Shown here: positions 37,880-48,042 of the stretch, piece by piece
Position numbering within the stretch: position 1 is the stretch's first letter
Layout: each line of letters starts with the position of its first letter
Origin: a virus
Virus record (IMG/VR): IMGVR_UViG_3300044614_001780
Strand: one strand, 5' to 3'
Length of the DNA stretch: 64,000 nucleotides
Program-made: the position numbers and the translations under genes
The notes under the pieces: generated by a model
Databases searched by the model: none
Seen by the model: the letters and a program-made list of their open reading frames with translations, nothing else
Told to the model about the DNA's origin: nothing

Positions 37880-39565
37880 TTATTTTTTCTTTTCATACTT
37901 AGAAAAATCAAAATTTTCCATTTCTTGAATTTGTTTTTTCAGTTTATCAATCTCTTCTCTCGTCCTTGCGGCAGATTGTAATAAAGACCAAGCATAGAGT
38001 TCTCTTTCGTCTCTTCTTTCTCTTAATCTCTTTGTCATTGAAATTAATTTCTCTGCAGTCGGTTGATTTGCAGATATTACAGAATTCATATTATTTGTGG
38101 CACTTGTAATTGCAGAATCATACTGGGAGCATGTTGCTCCATTTGGATCTGGTCCTCCTTGTGCCATTCCAGTATAACCAATCGAAACAGAGGTTGCTGT
38201 TCCACCAATTGTAACTTTTGTTCCAAGTGGAGCGTAAGTAGTTGTACAAGTTATAATTGGCATTTCACCTCCACTACTGGTACACGTTGTTATTGTCGGC
38301 CATTGCTTTGTTCCAATATAATAATCTGCTCTACCTGCTCCAACTTTTGGTTCTTTTATTTCTTTAACTATTACATCTCCCTTAGATTTTATTTCATCTC
38401 TTGCTTTTTCTGGTTTCCATGATTCTGTTCTATTTGGATCACCAGAAGTATCATAAAATACACTATGTCCTTTACCAACTGTTGATTTATCAATGATTCC
38501 TATTTTTACGGGACTATTTGGATTTTTCTCGTAATTAAAGTCTTCATCAATATTTGGAGTATTCCTAATCACATATATTGCTGTACTAGCAAAAGATGCC
38601 AAAGTAGTTGTTGATATAAACAAAGCAGGTATTGTTGTAAGAATTCCTACTCTAAAAATACCTTCTTCCAAATAATTAGTTGCTGGTTTATCTAAAATCA
38701 ATGAGGGAACGAGTAAAGTTGAAGTCGAGACTATTCCAACCTCGTCATAATATTCTATAGTTTGCGTAGTACTACCAAAACCAACGATTGAAGTATAACC
38801 ATTTGTGGTCAAGACTCCCACATAACTTGTAGACATTCCAGAAACTTCTGGCTCAAGAAGAATCATTCCAGTGGTTAACCCAGTTATGCTACCAGCACCA
38901 AAATTAGCAAAAGTATAAGACCCAGTGGATATGCCACCAACTAAAGTGGTAATGATTCCTACAACTGTAGTAGACCCAAACCCAACAACTTCTGGCAAAT
39001 CTCCAGTGGTAAATGCGACTGGATTATCAAGATTGTCTGATATTGTATCTCCAATCTTTATCTCTTGTGGAACTGAAGTTGCACTATTTACTCCAACTAC
39101 TGTTGACCCTAAAGAAAGATATCCATCAAATTCTGTGATTAAATTTGAACCATAATCTCTATTAGTTGGTTTTTGGTAATATTTTAAACCTTGATAAGGT
39201 TCATAGTCGTAAACAGCACTATTTTTTTGAACCTCATAAACGGTGAAAGTAACTTGTGATAATGATGCTCCATCACCAGAACCAGAAGTAACCCATTGTG
39301 TATATGAGTCTGTTTTTTTCCAAATTAAATCCGTTCTACAACCAGAAGTTATTCTAGAATCATATGCAGTTTTTACTGGAGTTATGGACTGATTTATTAT
39401 ATTTGTTGTTCCAATTGCATCTGCATCAATACCTTCTATCAACTGATCCATTTTATCAATCTCAATGTCAGCCAATGATAATCTATCGAGAATTCCTTCT
39501 CTTTGTTTGATTTTGAGTTCTAGTTCTTGCTTCAACTCTGCAATTATTTCTCTGGACTCTGACAT
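37880..39565 (-). CDS. Virion structural protein
   Basis: Coiled-coil termini and VGFGST motifs; baseplate module context. Confidence 0.7.
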   Translation of the reverse strand: MSESREIIAELKQELELKIKQREGILDRLSLADIEIDKMDQLIEGIDADAIGTTNIINQSITPVKTAYDSRITSGCRTDLIWKKTDSYTQWVTSGSGDGASLSQVTFTVYEVQKNSAVYDYEPYQGLKYYQKPTNRDYGSNLITEFDGYLSLGSTVVGVNSATSVPQEIKIGDTISDNLDNPVAFTTGDLPEVVGFGSTTVVGIITTLVGGISTGSYTFANFGAGSITGLTTGMILLEPEVSGMSTSYVGVLTTNGYTSIVGFGSTTQTIEYYDEVGIVSTSTLLVPSLILDKPATNYLEEGIFRVGILTTIPALFISTTTLASFASTAIYVIRNTPNIDEDFNYEKNPNSPVKIGIIDKSTVGKGHSVFYDTSGDPNRTESWKPEKARDEIKSKGDVIVKEIKEPKVGAGRADYYIGTKQWPTITTCTSSGGEMPIITCTTTYAPLGTKVTIGGTATSVSIGYTGMAQGGPDPNGATCSQYDSAITSATNNMNSVISANQPTAEKLISMTKRLRERRDERELYAWSLLQSAARTREEIDKLKKQIQEMENFDFSKYEKKK

Positions 39566-39603
39566 TGTAAAGGTAACTAACACGGTTTTTAGTATTTATT
39601 TTA

Positions 39604-40323
39604 TTAAAATGACCTCCAAAGAGATGGATTTAGTCTACTAAATTCGCATTTTAAATAATCTTCTTTTACTGTGAGTGTTATGTCTCCACAGATTGCAACT
39701 CTTTGTCCCTCCCGTTTTGTTAATTGTAACGTAGAATGCATCAATGAACTTGGAAAAAGAACTACAGTACCTTCTATTGGTGTGATATTGAAATTATTAC
39801 AATTGTACTTATTAAATTTTTTTATCAAATTATATTTTCCACTTTTTGTTGTTTGGAACATAAAATCAGATACTTCATTTGGATTCTTTGCTTGATGGAA
39901 ACATAATTTATCTGAAGTTTCATTGCAATCCAAATAATAACAAAAAGATATGTCACTACAATTATGGGTATGGACTTTTATATCAGGAAGGTCTTCTTTA
40001 TGAATATTCAACCAAGATTTTGTTACATGAATATCTAAATGAGATTCTTCAACATCAAGAACAGTCAAATATTCTCTAACGTTATCAGATAAGCATTTGA
40101 AAAACTCTTTATACCTTTCTTCATGGTGTAAAAAATATCTTCCCGAATTCTCTGGTGATTCTAATTCTTCCCTCGGCAAATCATCAGAATAATGCCAATA
40201 TCCTTTTAATTCCTCTAAGTAATTGTCTTTAAACTCAGTATGACAAGATATTTCTCCACGATAAATTATTGTTGGGAATATCTCATAAATCTGATGTTTT
40301 ATTTTCCCCTTTATGTGTAGCAT
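39604..40323 (-). CDS. 2OG-Fe(II) oxygenase-like protein (TIGR02466-like)
   Basis: IFPTIIY...KSWLN...HTH...EGTVVLFPSSLMH...RVAI. Confidence 0.8.
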   Translation of the reverse strand: MLHIKGKIKHQIYEIFPTIIYRGEISCHTEFKDNYLEELKGYWHYSDDLPREELESPENSGRYFLHHEERYKEFFKCLSDNVREYLTVLDVEESHLDIHVTKSWLNIHKEDLPDIKVHTHNCSDISFCYYLDCNETSDKLCFHQAKNPNEVSDFMFQTTKSGKYNLIKKFNKYNCNNFNITPIEGTVVLFPSSLMHSTLQLTKREGQRVAICGDITLTVKEDYLKCEFSRLNPSLWRSF

Positions 40324-41227
40324 AATCCCAACCACCTAATGCATATTCACTATTATCTCCTGGATAATCATATGGTGTCAATCCTTTATACTCTGGTTGC
40401 AATTTATCATTAGTTACTCTTTCTGCAAAGACAGTATAATGGCACTTAATCGGCACTCCAGAGTTTGTCTTTATTTTTATTTTAGTACCATCTTGTGAAA
40501 TAGAATCAACAAATAATTCTTGATATTGTCCTATTGGAGTTAAGTTTACTGTTATCGATTCTGGATAAACAAGATTCTTCCAATATTCTGGTAATTCGAT
40601 AATATTGTTATTTTCTAATTTCCCCCTAATATATGCACCAACTTCTGGTCCTTCGAGACAAATATATCTCAATCTATGGTTTTCTTTTGTTGGGTGTGGA
40701 ATATCAAATCCCTTTCCAGCAAGAGCAAGTGCTTGCCTTGCTATTGCATTTGTTGCAACCAAAGAATCTCCAGTTGTTGTAACAAAATCAAAAGCCTGTA
40801 CATACCCACCAAATGATCCAGAAGAATGCACTATTAACGGAGCATTATTAATTTTGGGAGCATTTCCAAGACTTATTGAATTCTTTAAATCAACCGCATT
40901 TTTTAAACTTAATGCATTTTTAATAGTAATTCCATTTTTAGTTGTTACTCCCTGGAATAAACTTACTGCAAATACATTTAATGAACCAATTATATTAGTA
41001 ATTCCAGTAACTTCAAGTGATGCTGGAACAGCAAGACTACCCAATGGAGGTCCTATCATGCAAGTTGCACGAGCAATTCCTATTTGAGGAGTTGCTCCAA
41101 TATAAACTGGTCCATTAAGAACTGCAGTTCCTGGGGTTACTCTAGAAGAAGCAGTTAAAAATGAAGTGTCAACCTGCCCAACGATTAATTTATCACCAAC
41201 GGTTGCTATAGAAGATAGTGCTGGCAT
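40283..41227 (-). CDS. Baseplate spike-associated protein with C-terminal chaperone-like domain
   Basis: KNx repeats; KGFDIPHPTKENHRLRYICLEGPE...IELPEYW. Confidence 0.7.
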   Translation of the reverse strand: MPALSSIATVGDKLIVGQVDTSFLTASSRVTPGTAVLNGPVYIGATPQIGIARATCMIGPPLGSLAVPASLEVTGITNIIGSLNVFAVSLFQGVTTKNGITIKNALSLKNAVDLKNSISLGNAPKINNAPLIVHSSGSFGGYVQAFDFVTTTGDSLVATNAIARQALALAGKGFDIPHPTKENHRLRYICLEGPEVGAYIRGKLENNNIIELPEYWKNLVYPESITVNLTPIGQYQELFVDSISQDGTKIKIKTNSGVPIKCHYTVFAERVTNDKLQPEYKGLTPYDYPGDNSEYALGGWDYATHKGENKTSDL

Positions 41228-41228
41228 A

Positions 41229-41780
41229 TTACAATATAGATAAGAATTTCTTTAAATTACCCAAAGCATTTAATATTTGTCCTATAAAAGAACCTTGAAA
41301 AATATCTACTAATGAAGAACTGGACTGTTGTACTCCTGCTGCCTGCTCTACAAACTGCCCCATAATATTTACTGAATTTTGTGCAGGAATATCAATATTT
41401 GTTCCTTTTATTCTACTTGTAGGACCATCAATCTCAACTACTTTTCCTGCTTGGATTGTTACCTCACCATCACCATCTTCAGCAACTAAACGAATACTTC
41501 TTGCTTTTAATGTAATTTGACCATTCACTGCTTCAAAATGAATGTCCCCATTCCTAGCATAGATTATTTTTGCTGGTTCCTTTTCATTTACTTTTCTTCC
41601 ACAAATTTCCATTGAAGTTTTCAATGAAATATCCCACTTGTCTCCATCCTTGTAATAAGTATACCCAGTATGCTCATCTGTAATCATTCCATAACCAACT
41701 TCTTTTCCGTTGATTGTTGTTCCAGATTGGACCTTAAATCCATATCCCTGCTGCCACCATTCTTTTTTCTGATCTGTCAT
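41229..41780 (-). CDS. gp5 C-terminal-like beta-helix spike protein
   Basis: Directly after gp5; NGDIHFEAVNGQITLKARSIRL. Confidence 0.6.
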   Translation of the reverse strand: MTDQKKEWWQQGYGFKVQSGTTINGKEVGYGMITDEHTGYTYYKDGDKWDISLKTSMEICGRKVNEKEPAKIIYARNGDIHFEAVNGQITLKARSIRLVAEDGDGEVTIQAGKVVEIDGPTSRIKGTNIDIPAQNSVNIMGQFVEQAAGVQQSSSSLVDIFQGSFIGQILNALGNLKKFLSIL

Positions 41781-41800
41781 TAGATATTAGGGAGTTTTTT

Positions 41801-44392
41801 TTATTTAGTAATACAATCAATAACTTCAATAACACCAAATTGATTAACAACTGTGATTTTGTTAAACTCTGGAGTATATTGCAAGACTGGATATGCAGTT
41901 GCCCCTTCTCCCGTTTGCGTAATAATTTCTGCAAATCCTGGGTTTGTATTAAATGAATCTCCACAAACACCACTTACTGATGTTACTCCAACTATAGCAC
42001 CTGTTGGGGCAATAATTACATTAAATGAGCAATTACCAAACTTAATTTTATCTCCACTAGTATATCCAAATCCTGGATTTGTAATAATAATATTTGTGAT
42101 TATTCCAACAACATTTGTTCCAATTCCAGTAAATGTTCCAATTCCAGTAAATGTACCAATTCCAGGGAAAGGAACAGTCGGTCCATTAATTGAAGTTGTT
42201 CCAATACCAGCAGTTCCCCCACTCTCATCTGGGATTGGAGTTCCTGGAGGAGATTCATTTGGTTGATTTGGTGCTGGGGGCAAAGTAGGAGAAAGTCTAT
42301 TTCCTATCAAAATAGTAGTCTTTGCTACATAGTCATCATCTGGATCATATAAATTAAACACTAATGTCTCAACTGGCTCAGTTTGATTATCTTGCCTTAC
42401 TTTTACTTTTAATGTTGCTCTATTATTAACTACTTTTATTTTATTTGATAATGAACTGATTTCCAAATCTTCTATTTTTATATCTCCAGTGATATCATAA
42501 AATAATTCAGTATCGTCCTTAACATTAGTAGTTAAAATTGTAAATGTTATAGTTTCACCTTCAAATACAGTATACTTGTCTGCGTAAACTGCATAAGTGG
42601 GAGGAATAAACACTGTAGAATAATTAGATGGGCAATATCCAGATCCAGGATTTACCACATATATTGATTCAATTCTTCCGTTAGAAATTTTTGCTTCAAG
42701 TTTAGCACCACTTCCATGATTTGTATTATCGATTACATTTATAGATGGTGGTTTTGTATATCCTTTCCCTTGATTTAAGATCTGAACAGTAAATATAGAT
42801 CCATCATTTCCAACAATTGGAAGTGCTTCTGCATTAATTCCTGTTCCAAATATTTCTATAATGGGGGGAATACATGAAGCAGACTTTGTTCCCTCTGATT
42901 GTGGTGTTTTTTCTTTTTGAGTGGTTGGATTAGTTGCTTTATTTGCACAATCTCTAAATGGAGAAGGACCAGTGTAACCAAACAAAGACGATGACCCCAA
43001 TGCTTGGTCTATATTTTCATTGATTCCCTTCATGAAGTTTAACTTCTTAAGGGTTCTTGACCAACTATCTTTACCACTTTTTGAAGACCCAGATTTGGAG
43101 CACCACTGTGAGGCTGTTTCACATTTCAATTGATCGCAACCAATGAAATTCAAAATTTGCTGAGCAACTGAGGAAATTTGTCCAAGTACACTTGAAATTT
43201 GTCCTATTCCCCCGAGCAACCAATCCAAACCAGACATTACTGGTCCAAGCAAATCCTCAATGAAATTCATTAATTTTCCAAGGATTCCTGCAACAAATTC
43301 TTCAACAGCACACATTGGAGCATTTATTGCTCTGCCAATCATGTTGGTTAAAAGATTTACAATATAATCAATAATTAAAGGAATAAGTTTTTCAAATAAA
43401 CAGAAAATAATATTAATGATATTTTTTGTTGCTTCTGCCACTGGTGGATGTTGTGGGAGAGGCAGAACCTTTGCAATAAAATCACGGAATAGTGATGTAA
43501 CTAATTTTATAATTGCTCCCCTAAGGTTATTGACTATGAATTTTATAACCCCGACAATTCTTCTCGCAAATCCTTTTATTTCATTTACAATATCAACAAA
43601 TTCATTCAATATTGGGTCAATATAAGTTCCAATAAAATCCTGTATTCTTCCAGTAAATTGTATAAATTCTTGAAGTATTTTTGATATTTTACCTATAAGA
43701 TTATCATTACATCCATTTTCTCTTGTTATGCAAATTTCTCCTTCGGCAGCAAATTGTTGAGCTGCTAAATCTTCCCTAATTAATTGATCAGCACCAGGTT
43801 TATTTTCATCTCTTGTTGATGGAGTCAAAGGACCAACTGAACTTGTGCTCGCAACTCCTGCTACTGGTATAGATGATGTGGTTGGTTGAGATTGTACTCC
43901 TGGGTTTTGTTTTCTTATTTGTGTTGCTGCCTGTTTTAATGGTCCAGAGTGCCCAGTAAAGGGTCTTAACTGGTCTTTAATTGATTCTGATGGAAAGTTC
44001 GTTACACTTTCGTTCCTATGAAGACATCCAACTACAACTGGTTGCTGCCCATCATCTCCATCCAAGAAAAATCCGAATGCAGTTTCACCCCCAGACAATC
44101 TCAGAGTTTGTCCGATTCCACCTTGGGCAGATCCTTCTGCTCCAGTAGTCATGACATGTGCCCAAGGCAAATCGTTATCTGGAAGAACATCCCTATCAAA
44201 GGGATGATAACCAATAATTCTTACTTTACAACGATATGCCCAACTTCCACTAGTCTCTCCTTTCTTATTCTTACCTGCATCTGGAGCAGATTTTTCGTCT
44301 CTCCAAACTGATGCAGGAGCAACTTGACCAATCCACCAAATGAATCCGTCTTTGCCCAAATAATTTGATTTTAATAAAGATCCTTCAATCAT
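41801..44392 (-). CDS. gp5: Baseplate hub subunit gp5 (OB-fold N-terminus)
   Basis: GKDGFIWWIGQV...RCKVRIIGYH...DLPWA...FGFFLDGDDGQQPVVVG. Confidence 0.9.
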   Translation of the reverse strand: MIEGSLLKSNYLGKDGFIWWIGQVAPASVWRDEKSAPDAGKNKKGETSGSWAYRCKVRIIGYHPFDRDVLPDNDLPWAHVMTTGAEGSAQGGIGQTLRLSGGETAFGFFLDGDDGQQPVVVGCLHRNESVTNFPSESIKDQLRPFTGHSGPLKQAATQIRKQNPGVQSQPTTSSIPVAGVASTSSVGPLTPSTRDENKPGADQLIREDLAAQQFAAEGEICITRENGCNDNLIGKISKILQEFIQFTGRIQDFIGTYIDPILNEFVDIVNEIKGFARRIVGVIKFIVNNLRGAIIKLVTSLFRDFIAKVLPLPQHPPVAEATKNIINIIFCLFEKLIPLIIDYIVNLLTNMIGRAINAPMCAVEEFVAGILGKLMNFIEDLLGPVMSGLDWLLGGIGQISSVLGQISSVAQQILNFIGCDQLKCETASQWCSKSGSSKSGKDSWSRTLKKLNFMKGINENIDQALGSSSLFGYTGPSPFRDCANKATNPTTQKEKTPQSEGTKSASCIPPIIEIFGTGINAEALPIVGNDGSIFTVQILNQGKGYTKPPSINVIDNTNHGSGAKLEAKISNGRIESIYVVNPGSGYCPSNYSTVFIPPTYAVYADKYTVFEGETITFTILTTNVKDDTELFYDITGDIKIEDLEISSLSNKIKVVNNRATLKVKVRQDNQTEPVETLVFNLYDPDDDYVAKTTILIGNRLSPTLPPAPNQPNESPPGTPIPDESGGTAGIGTTSINGPTVPFPGIGTFTGIGTFTGIGTNVVGIITNIIITNPGFGYTSGDKIKFGNCSFNVIIAPTGAIVGVTSVSGVCGDSFNTNPGFAEIITQTGEGATAYPVLQYTPEFNKITVVNQFGVIEVIDCITK

Positions 44393-44594
44393 CGAAAATT
44401 TTACATTCAGGTGCGTTTGGGTTTATATCACAATATAATTCAAAATTTGTTGGGCAATCAATAGCTTCTGGATTGTGCTTTTGATACTCTAGTAATTCAG
44501 AAAGATAATCTTCCAAATATCTTTTTCTTTGTTTATTTATTGCAGGACTCTCAAGTTCCTCGCATATATCAGTAATTACTGTTTGTAGTTCCAT
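44385..44594 (-). CDS. cp12: CP12 Calvin-cycle inhibitor (phage type)
   Basis: C-terminal PTNFELYCDINPNAPECKIFDD CP12 signature. Confidence 0.85.
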   Translation of the reverse strand: MELQTVITDICEELESPAINKQRKRYLEDYLSELLEYQKHNPEAIDCPTNFELYCDINPNAPECKIFDD

Positions 44595-44599
44595 TGTTG

Positions 44600-45910
44600 T
44601 TACCTATTGGTAGATCCGTAAAGCCCATAACTATCACGGATTAGTTTTAAACTAGTTACAACTTGATTTCCCTCGAAGTGGTGTCGTAATTCTTTAATCA
44701 AATAATTTCCACTTTGTTGTTTATCAATTTGTTTCTTATCTGTCATTTCAATTGCTGGAAATTCCGCATAGATTAACTCTCCAGCTTTCAGATTTACGTT
44801 GCATGGTACTACCATATTTAGTGACTGTGTGAACAAAATGTTATATCTCGAAGCAGATTTTGCCATATCTGCAACATCTCTGCCAGATTCTTTTGTTACA
44901 GTTTCAGTATCTAAAACACCTCTATCTGAAGTTCTTACTAAAATTCTTGTCCACGAATCTCCCAATTCTTTAGACACAGCAATTGTGTCATCTGTTCCTA
45001 GTGTATTTTTTATTTGGTCTTTTAACTTATACTGATATATGTCCATATGTCCAGTATAAAAATCATAAAAGTATGTTTTATTGGAATACATTCCAACCCT
45101 TAAACTTTTTAGTAGGTCAATATTTTTTTCAATATTGTAGTTTAATATTATAAAAGAATTTTGCTGTTGGTTTGCAGAAATTGCACCAGTAAAAGTATAT
45201 TTTGGTATATTCTTTGAGTCTGCTGAAGAAGAACCTACTTGAGTGTTTGAAACTAAACTATCAATACTTTTAAAATTAAATCCATCTCTGTTCTCATAAA
45301 ACAAATATCCTGCAGTTCCTTTTGCTTCACCAGTATTTCCTCCACCAGAAACTCCACCAGAAGATGCTGGCATTGCCTTTGGTCCTAACCAAGTCAGTAC
45401 TGTAAATGGTTTTCTGCTATTTGAAATAAAGCTATAACTATTTGAAGTATTTTCTATATTTTTTTCTTTATACTTTTCCGTCTTTAAATCATTTTTTAAT
45501 ATTGCTTCTACTGTTGTTTTTATATTTCCACCATATTTCCTAAAACATCTTGTTGTTTCATTTGTGATACCTTCTCTTGATACGAGGTGTAAAGTGAATG
45601 TTTCTCTGGTATCTTTTGCCATTACATCACTAACTTTAAAAACATACATTGAATATGTTTCATCCAAAGTAAATTCTCCAGAAGCAGTAGTTACACTAAT
45701 AGAAACTCTCTCTCCTCCTCTTATTGGTAGAAAATTATAAAGAGAAGTTGTATTTGAAACCATCATACTCATAGTTACACATGGAGAAAGAATGTCTTCA
45801 AAATAATCACAAAACAAAATAGAGTTTGTGATGTCAATTTTTTTCTTTCCATCAAGAGATTCAATTACAACAAAATTATATTTTAAACCTTCTATTGCTG
45901 GATTTGACAT
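44600..45910 (-). CDS. Baseplate hub protein (gp27-like)
   Basis: DYFEDILSP...LPIRGGE...GYLFYENRDGFNFKSID...SGNYLIKELRH. Confidence 0.75.
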   Translation of the reverse strand: MSNPAIEGLKYNFVVIESLDGKKKIDITNSILFCDYFEDILSPCVTMSMMVSNTTSLYNFLPIRGGERVSISVTTASGEFTLDETYSMYVFKVSDVMAKDTRETFTLHLVSREGITNETTRCFRKYGGNIKTTVEAILKNDLKTEKYKEKNIENTSNSYSFISNSRKPFTVLTWLGPKAMPASSGGVSGGGNTGEAKGTAGYLFYENRDGFNFKSIDSLVSNTQVGSSSADSKNIPKYTFTGAISANQQQNSFIILNYNIEKNIDLLKSLRVGMYSNKTYFYDFYTGHMDIYQYKLKDQIKNTLGTDDTIAVSKELGDSWTRILVRTSDRGVLDTETVTKESGRDVADMAKSASRYNILFTQSLNMVVPCNVNLKAGELIYAEFPAIEMTDKKQIDKQQSGNYLIKELRHHFEGNQVVTSLKLIRDSYGLYGSTNR

Positions 45911-48042
45911 TATGTTTGCGAAAGATTGGTTAAAAGAAGAGACTTCATTAAACTATTTACCACTTGAGATGGTGGTGTTCCCATTACAGTGGGTGTGGAA
46001 TTACTATTACCACCAGGAGCAGTTATAACAGAAGGTGGACTAGAACTTGATTGAGATTGTTGTCCTTCTATTGGAATTAAAACTATAGATGAACCTGGAG
46101 AATTATATTCTGGATAATCTGAAATATTTTTTCCCAATTTTGATAATTCCTCTGGAGCAAACATAGATGGGTCTACACCCATTCCACCCATTCCACCAAC
46201 ATTAGACTTGAGTAAATTTTGAAGCTTATTATTGTATTTGGTATAATCTGGATGAACTTTATCTTTTGCATTAAATCCCCCACCAAACTGAACAAAACCA
46301 GGAAATTCATTTGCAAGTGCTTGTAGTTTTGGATTCATTGCTGCCAAATCTCCTCTGTCAACACTTGTCCCCATCAATTGAACTCCCTTTGCTCCCATTT
46401 TCTGAGCATATTGTAATTGTTGACGAACTGTTGCTAAATCTGAAGTATCATTGGAAATACCAGAAGATAATCTAATAAGTTTACCTTTTAAATCTTGATT
46501 CTGAAGCATTCCCATAACATCTTTTGGACTTGCTCCGACTGTAGCAGTTCCTGCAGAACCAGAAGAATCCTTTGACCCCTTTGCTATGCTATCTCCTATA
46601 GTAAGCATTGGTGCTGCACCAATATCATTTGAAGTGAATTTTCCATTCATAGAACTTCCAGGTGCTGTCGCTGCTTGCGTTCCAGTTTTTATTGGTGCAA
46701 CTGCTGGAGTTTTTGGTGCGGTTCTTAAAAATGGTCTTGGGTCTATTAATTTTCCTGAAGTATTATAAAGTTCAAAATGCAAATGAGGAAAATCTGGAGA
46801 ACTTGCCTTATCTGCTGGTGAAATAGTGCCTATTTTTTGTCCTGTTTTAACTTCTGTCCCTGTAGAAACATTTGATAAAACATGAACATATCTGGTCATA
46901 CTTCCATCTTTATGTTTGATGCCAATTGTTTGACTACTTCCTCCTCCTTTTTGCCAAGCATATCCACGTCCAACTTCAACTACAGTTCCTGACATTGCTG
47001 CTAAAACAGGATCTCCTGCTTTTTGATCTGCAATATCTTGTCCAGCATGAGACCCATGTGATCTTGCTGCTCCAAATTGTGCTCCACCATAAGTGCTTAC
47101 ATGCCCAGTAACAAATGGAGCAACTCTTTCAACATTATCAAATCCTGGATAATTTGCATCTGTAACACCTTGGTCGTTTACTCCAGGTCCCATATTATTT
47201 GGGTCCGCAGAAATATTATCGGTATATGTTCCTGGTCCTATTTCTCCACCAGATACAGAAAAACCCATTGCAAAATTACTAAATTTATCCACAACACTTG
47301 AAAATTTGTCTAGTGCATTTTTAAATCCACCAGAACCTTCCGACAATCCTTTTTGTTTTTGTTCTTGTGCCTTGAGTCTTTCTTTTTGCTTTTGTTCTAA
47401 TGATTTTTCACCAGTAACTCCCTCATATGCTCTATCTGCAGCAAACCCACCAACAAAATTACCTGCCATACTCCCAATAACAAATCCAACTCCAGGAATT
47501 GGTATCAATGTTTGCCCTATAGCACCACCAAGTAAACTTCCAGCAAGAGCACCTCCAGTACCTGCTGCTGCTTTGCCAATAGATTCCCCCTCAGCAAGTC
47601 CAGTTGCAAAATCAAGTCCAGCAAAAATACTGTTTACAATTCCAATTGATCTCAACCCAGTAAATCTTAAACCTTGTCCTCTTGGAATTGGGGTTGCTTG
47701 CCTTGAAGGTTTTGAAGATGTTTTTGCTGGCTCACCAAGTTTTCCTTTTCCAGGGAACATATTTCCAAGAAAACCACCAACATCTAAAGCACCACCAACT
47801 AGTGACCTTAATAAATTACCAACATTCCCAAAATTATTAGCAACATTTAAATTTGCTAGTTCTTTTATTTTTCTTTTTGGTGGTAATTTTATGGTTTGAA
47901 GAGACTTGGTTTCTTTAACCAAAAAAGTAGAAAATGATTTATATTCTGACTGCATTTTTGACAAGTCACGTTTAGTCTTGCCGTTATACGAAGCAATACT
48001 ATTAAATGAAGATACTAATGGAGATGTAATTGCTTTTGCCAT
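45910..48042 (-). CDS. Tail/hub protein with M23 peptidase and SGNH-like domains
   Basis: HAGQDIA...YVH...PHLHFE (M23); IGDSIA...GISND...DKVHP (SGNH). Confidence 0.8.
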   Translation of the reverse strand: MAKAITSPLVSSFNSIASYNGKTKRDLSKMQSEYKSFSTFLVKETKSLQTIKLPPKRKIKELANLNVANNFGNVGNLLRSLVGGALDVGGFLGNMFPGKGKLGEPAKTSSKPSRQATPIPRGQGLRFTGLRSIGIVNSIFAGLDFATGLAEGESIGKAAAGTGGALAGSLLGGAIGQTLIPIPGVGFVIGSMAGNFVGGFAADRAYEGVTGEKSLEQKQKERLKAQEQKQKGLSEGSGGFKNALDKFSSVVDKFSNFAMGFSVSGGEIGPGTYTDNISADPNNMGPGVNDQGVTDANYPGFDNVERVAPFVTGHVSTYGGAQFGAARSHGSHAGQDIADQKAGDPVLAAMSGTVVEVGRGYAWQKGGGSSQTIGIKHKDGSMTRYVHVLSNVSTGTEVKTGQKIGTISPADKASSPDFPHLHFELYNTSGKLIDPRPFLRTAPKTPAVAPIKTGTQAATAPGSSMNGKFTSNDIGAAPMLTIGDSIAKGSKDSSGSAGTATVGASPKDVMGMLQNQDLKGKLIRLSSGISNDTSDLATVRQQLQYAQKMGAKGVQLMGTSVDRGDLAAMNPKLQALANEFPGFVQFGGGFNAKDKVHPDYTKYNNKLQNLLKSNVGGMGGMGVDPSMFAPEELSKLGKNISDYPEYNSPGSSIVLIPIEGQQSQSSSSPPSVITAPGGNSNSTPTVMGTPPSQVVNSLMKSLLLTNLSQT

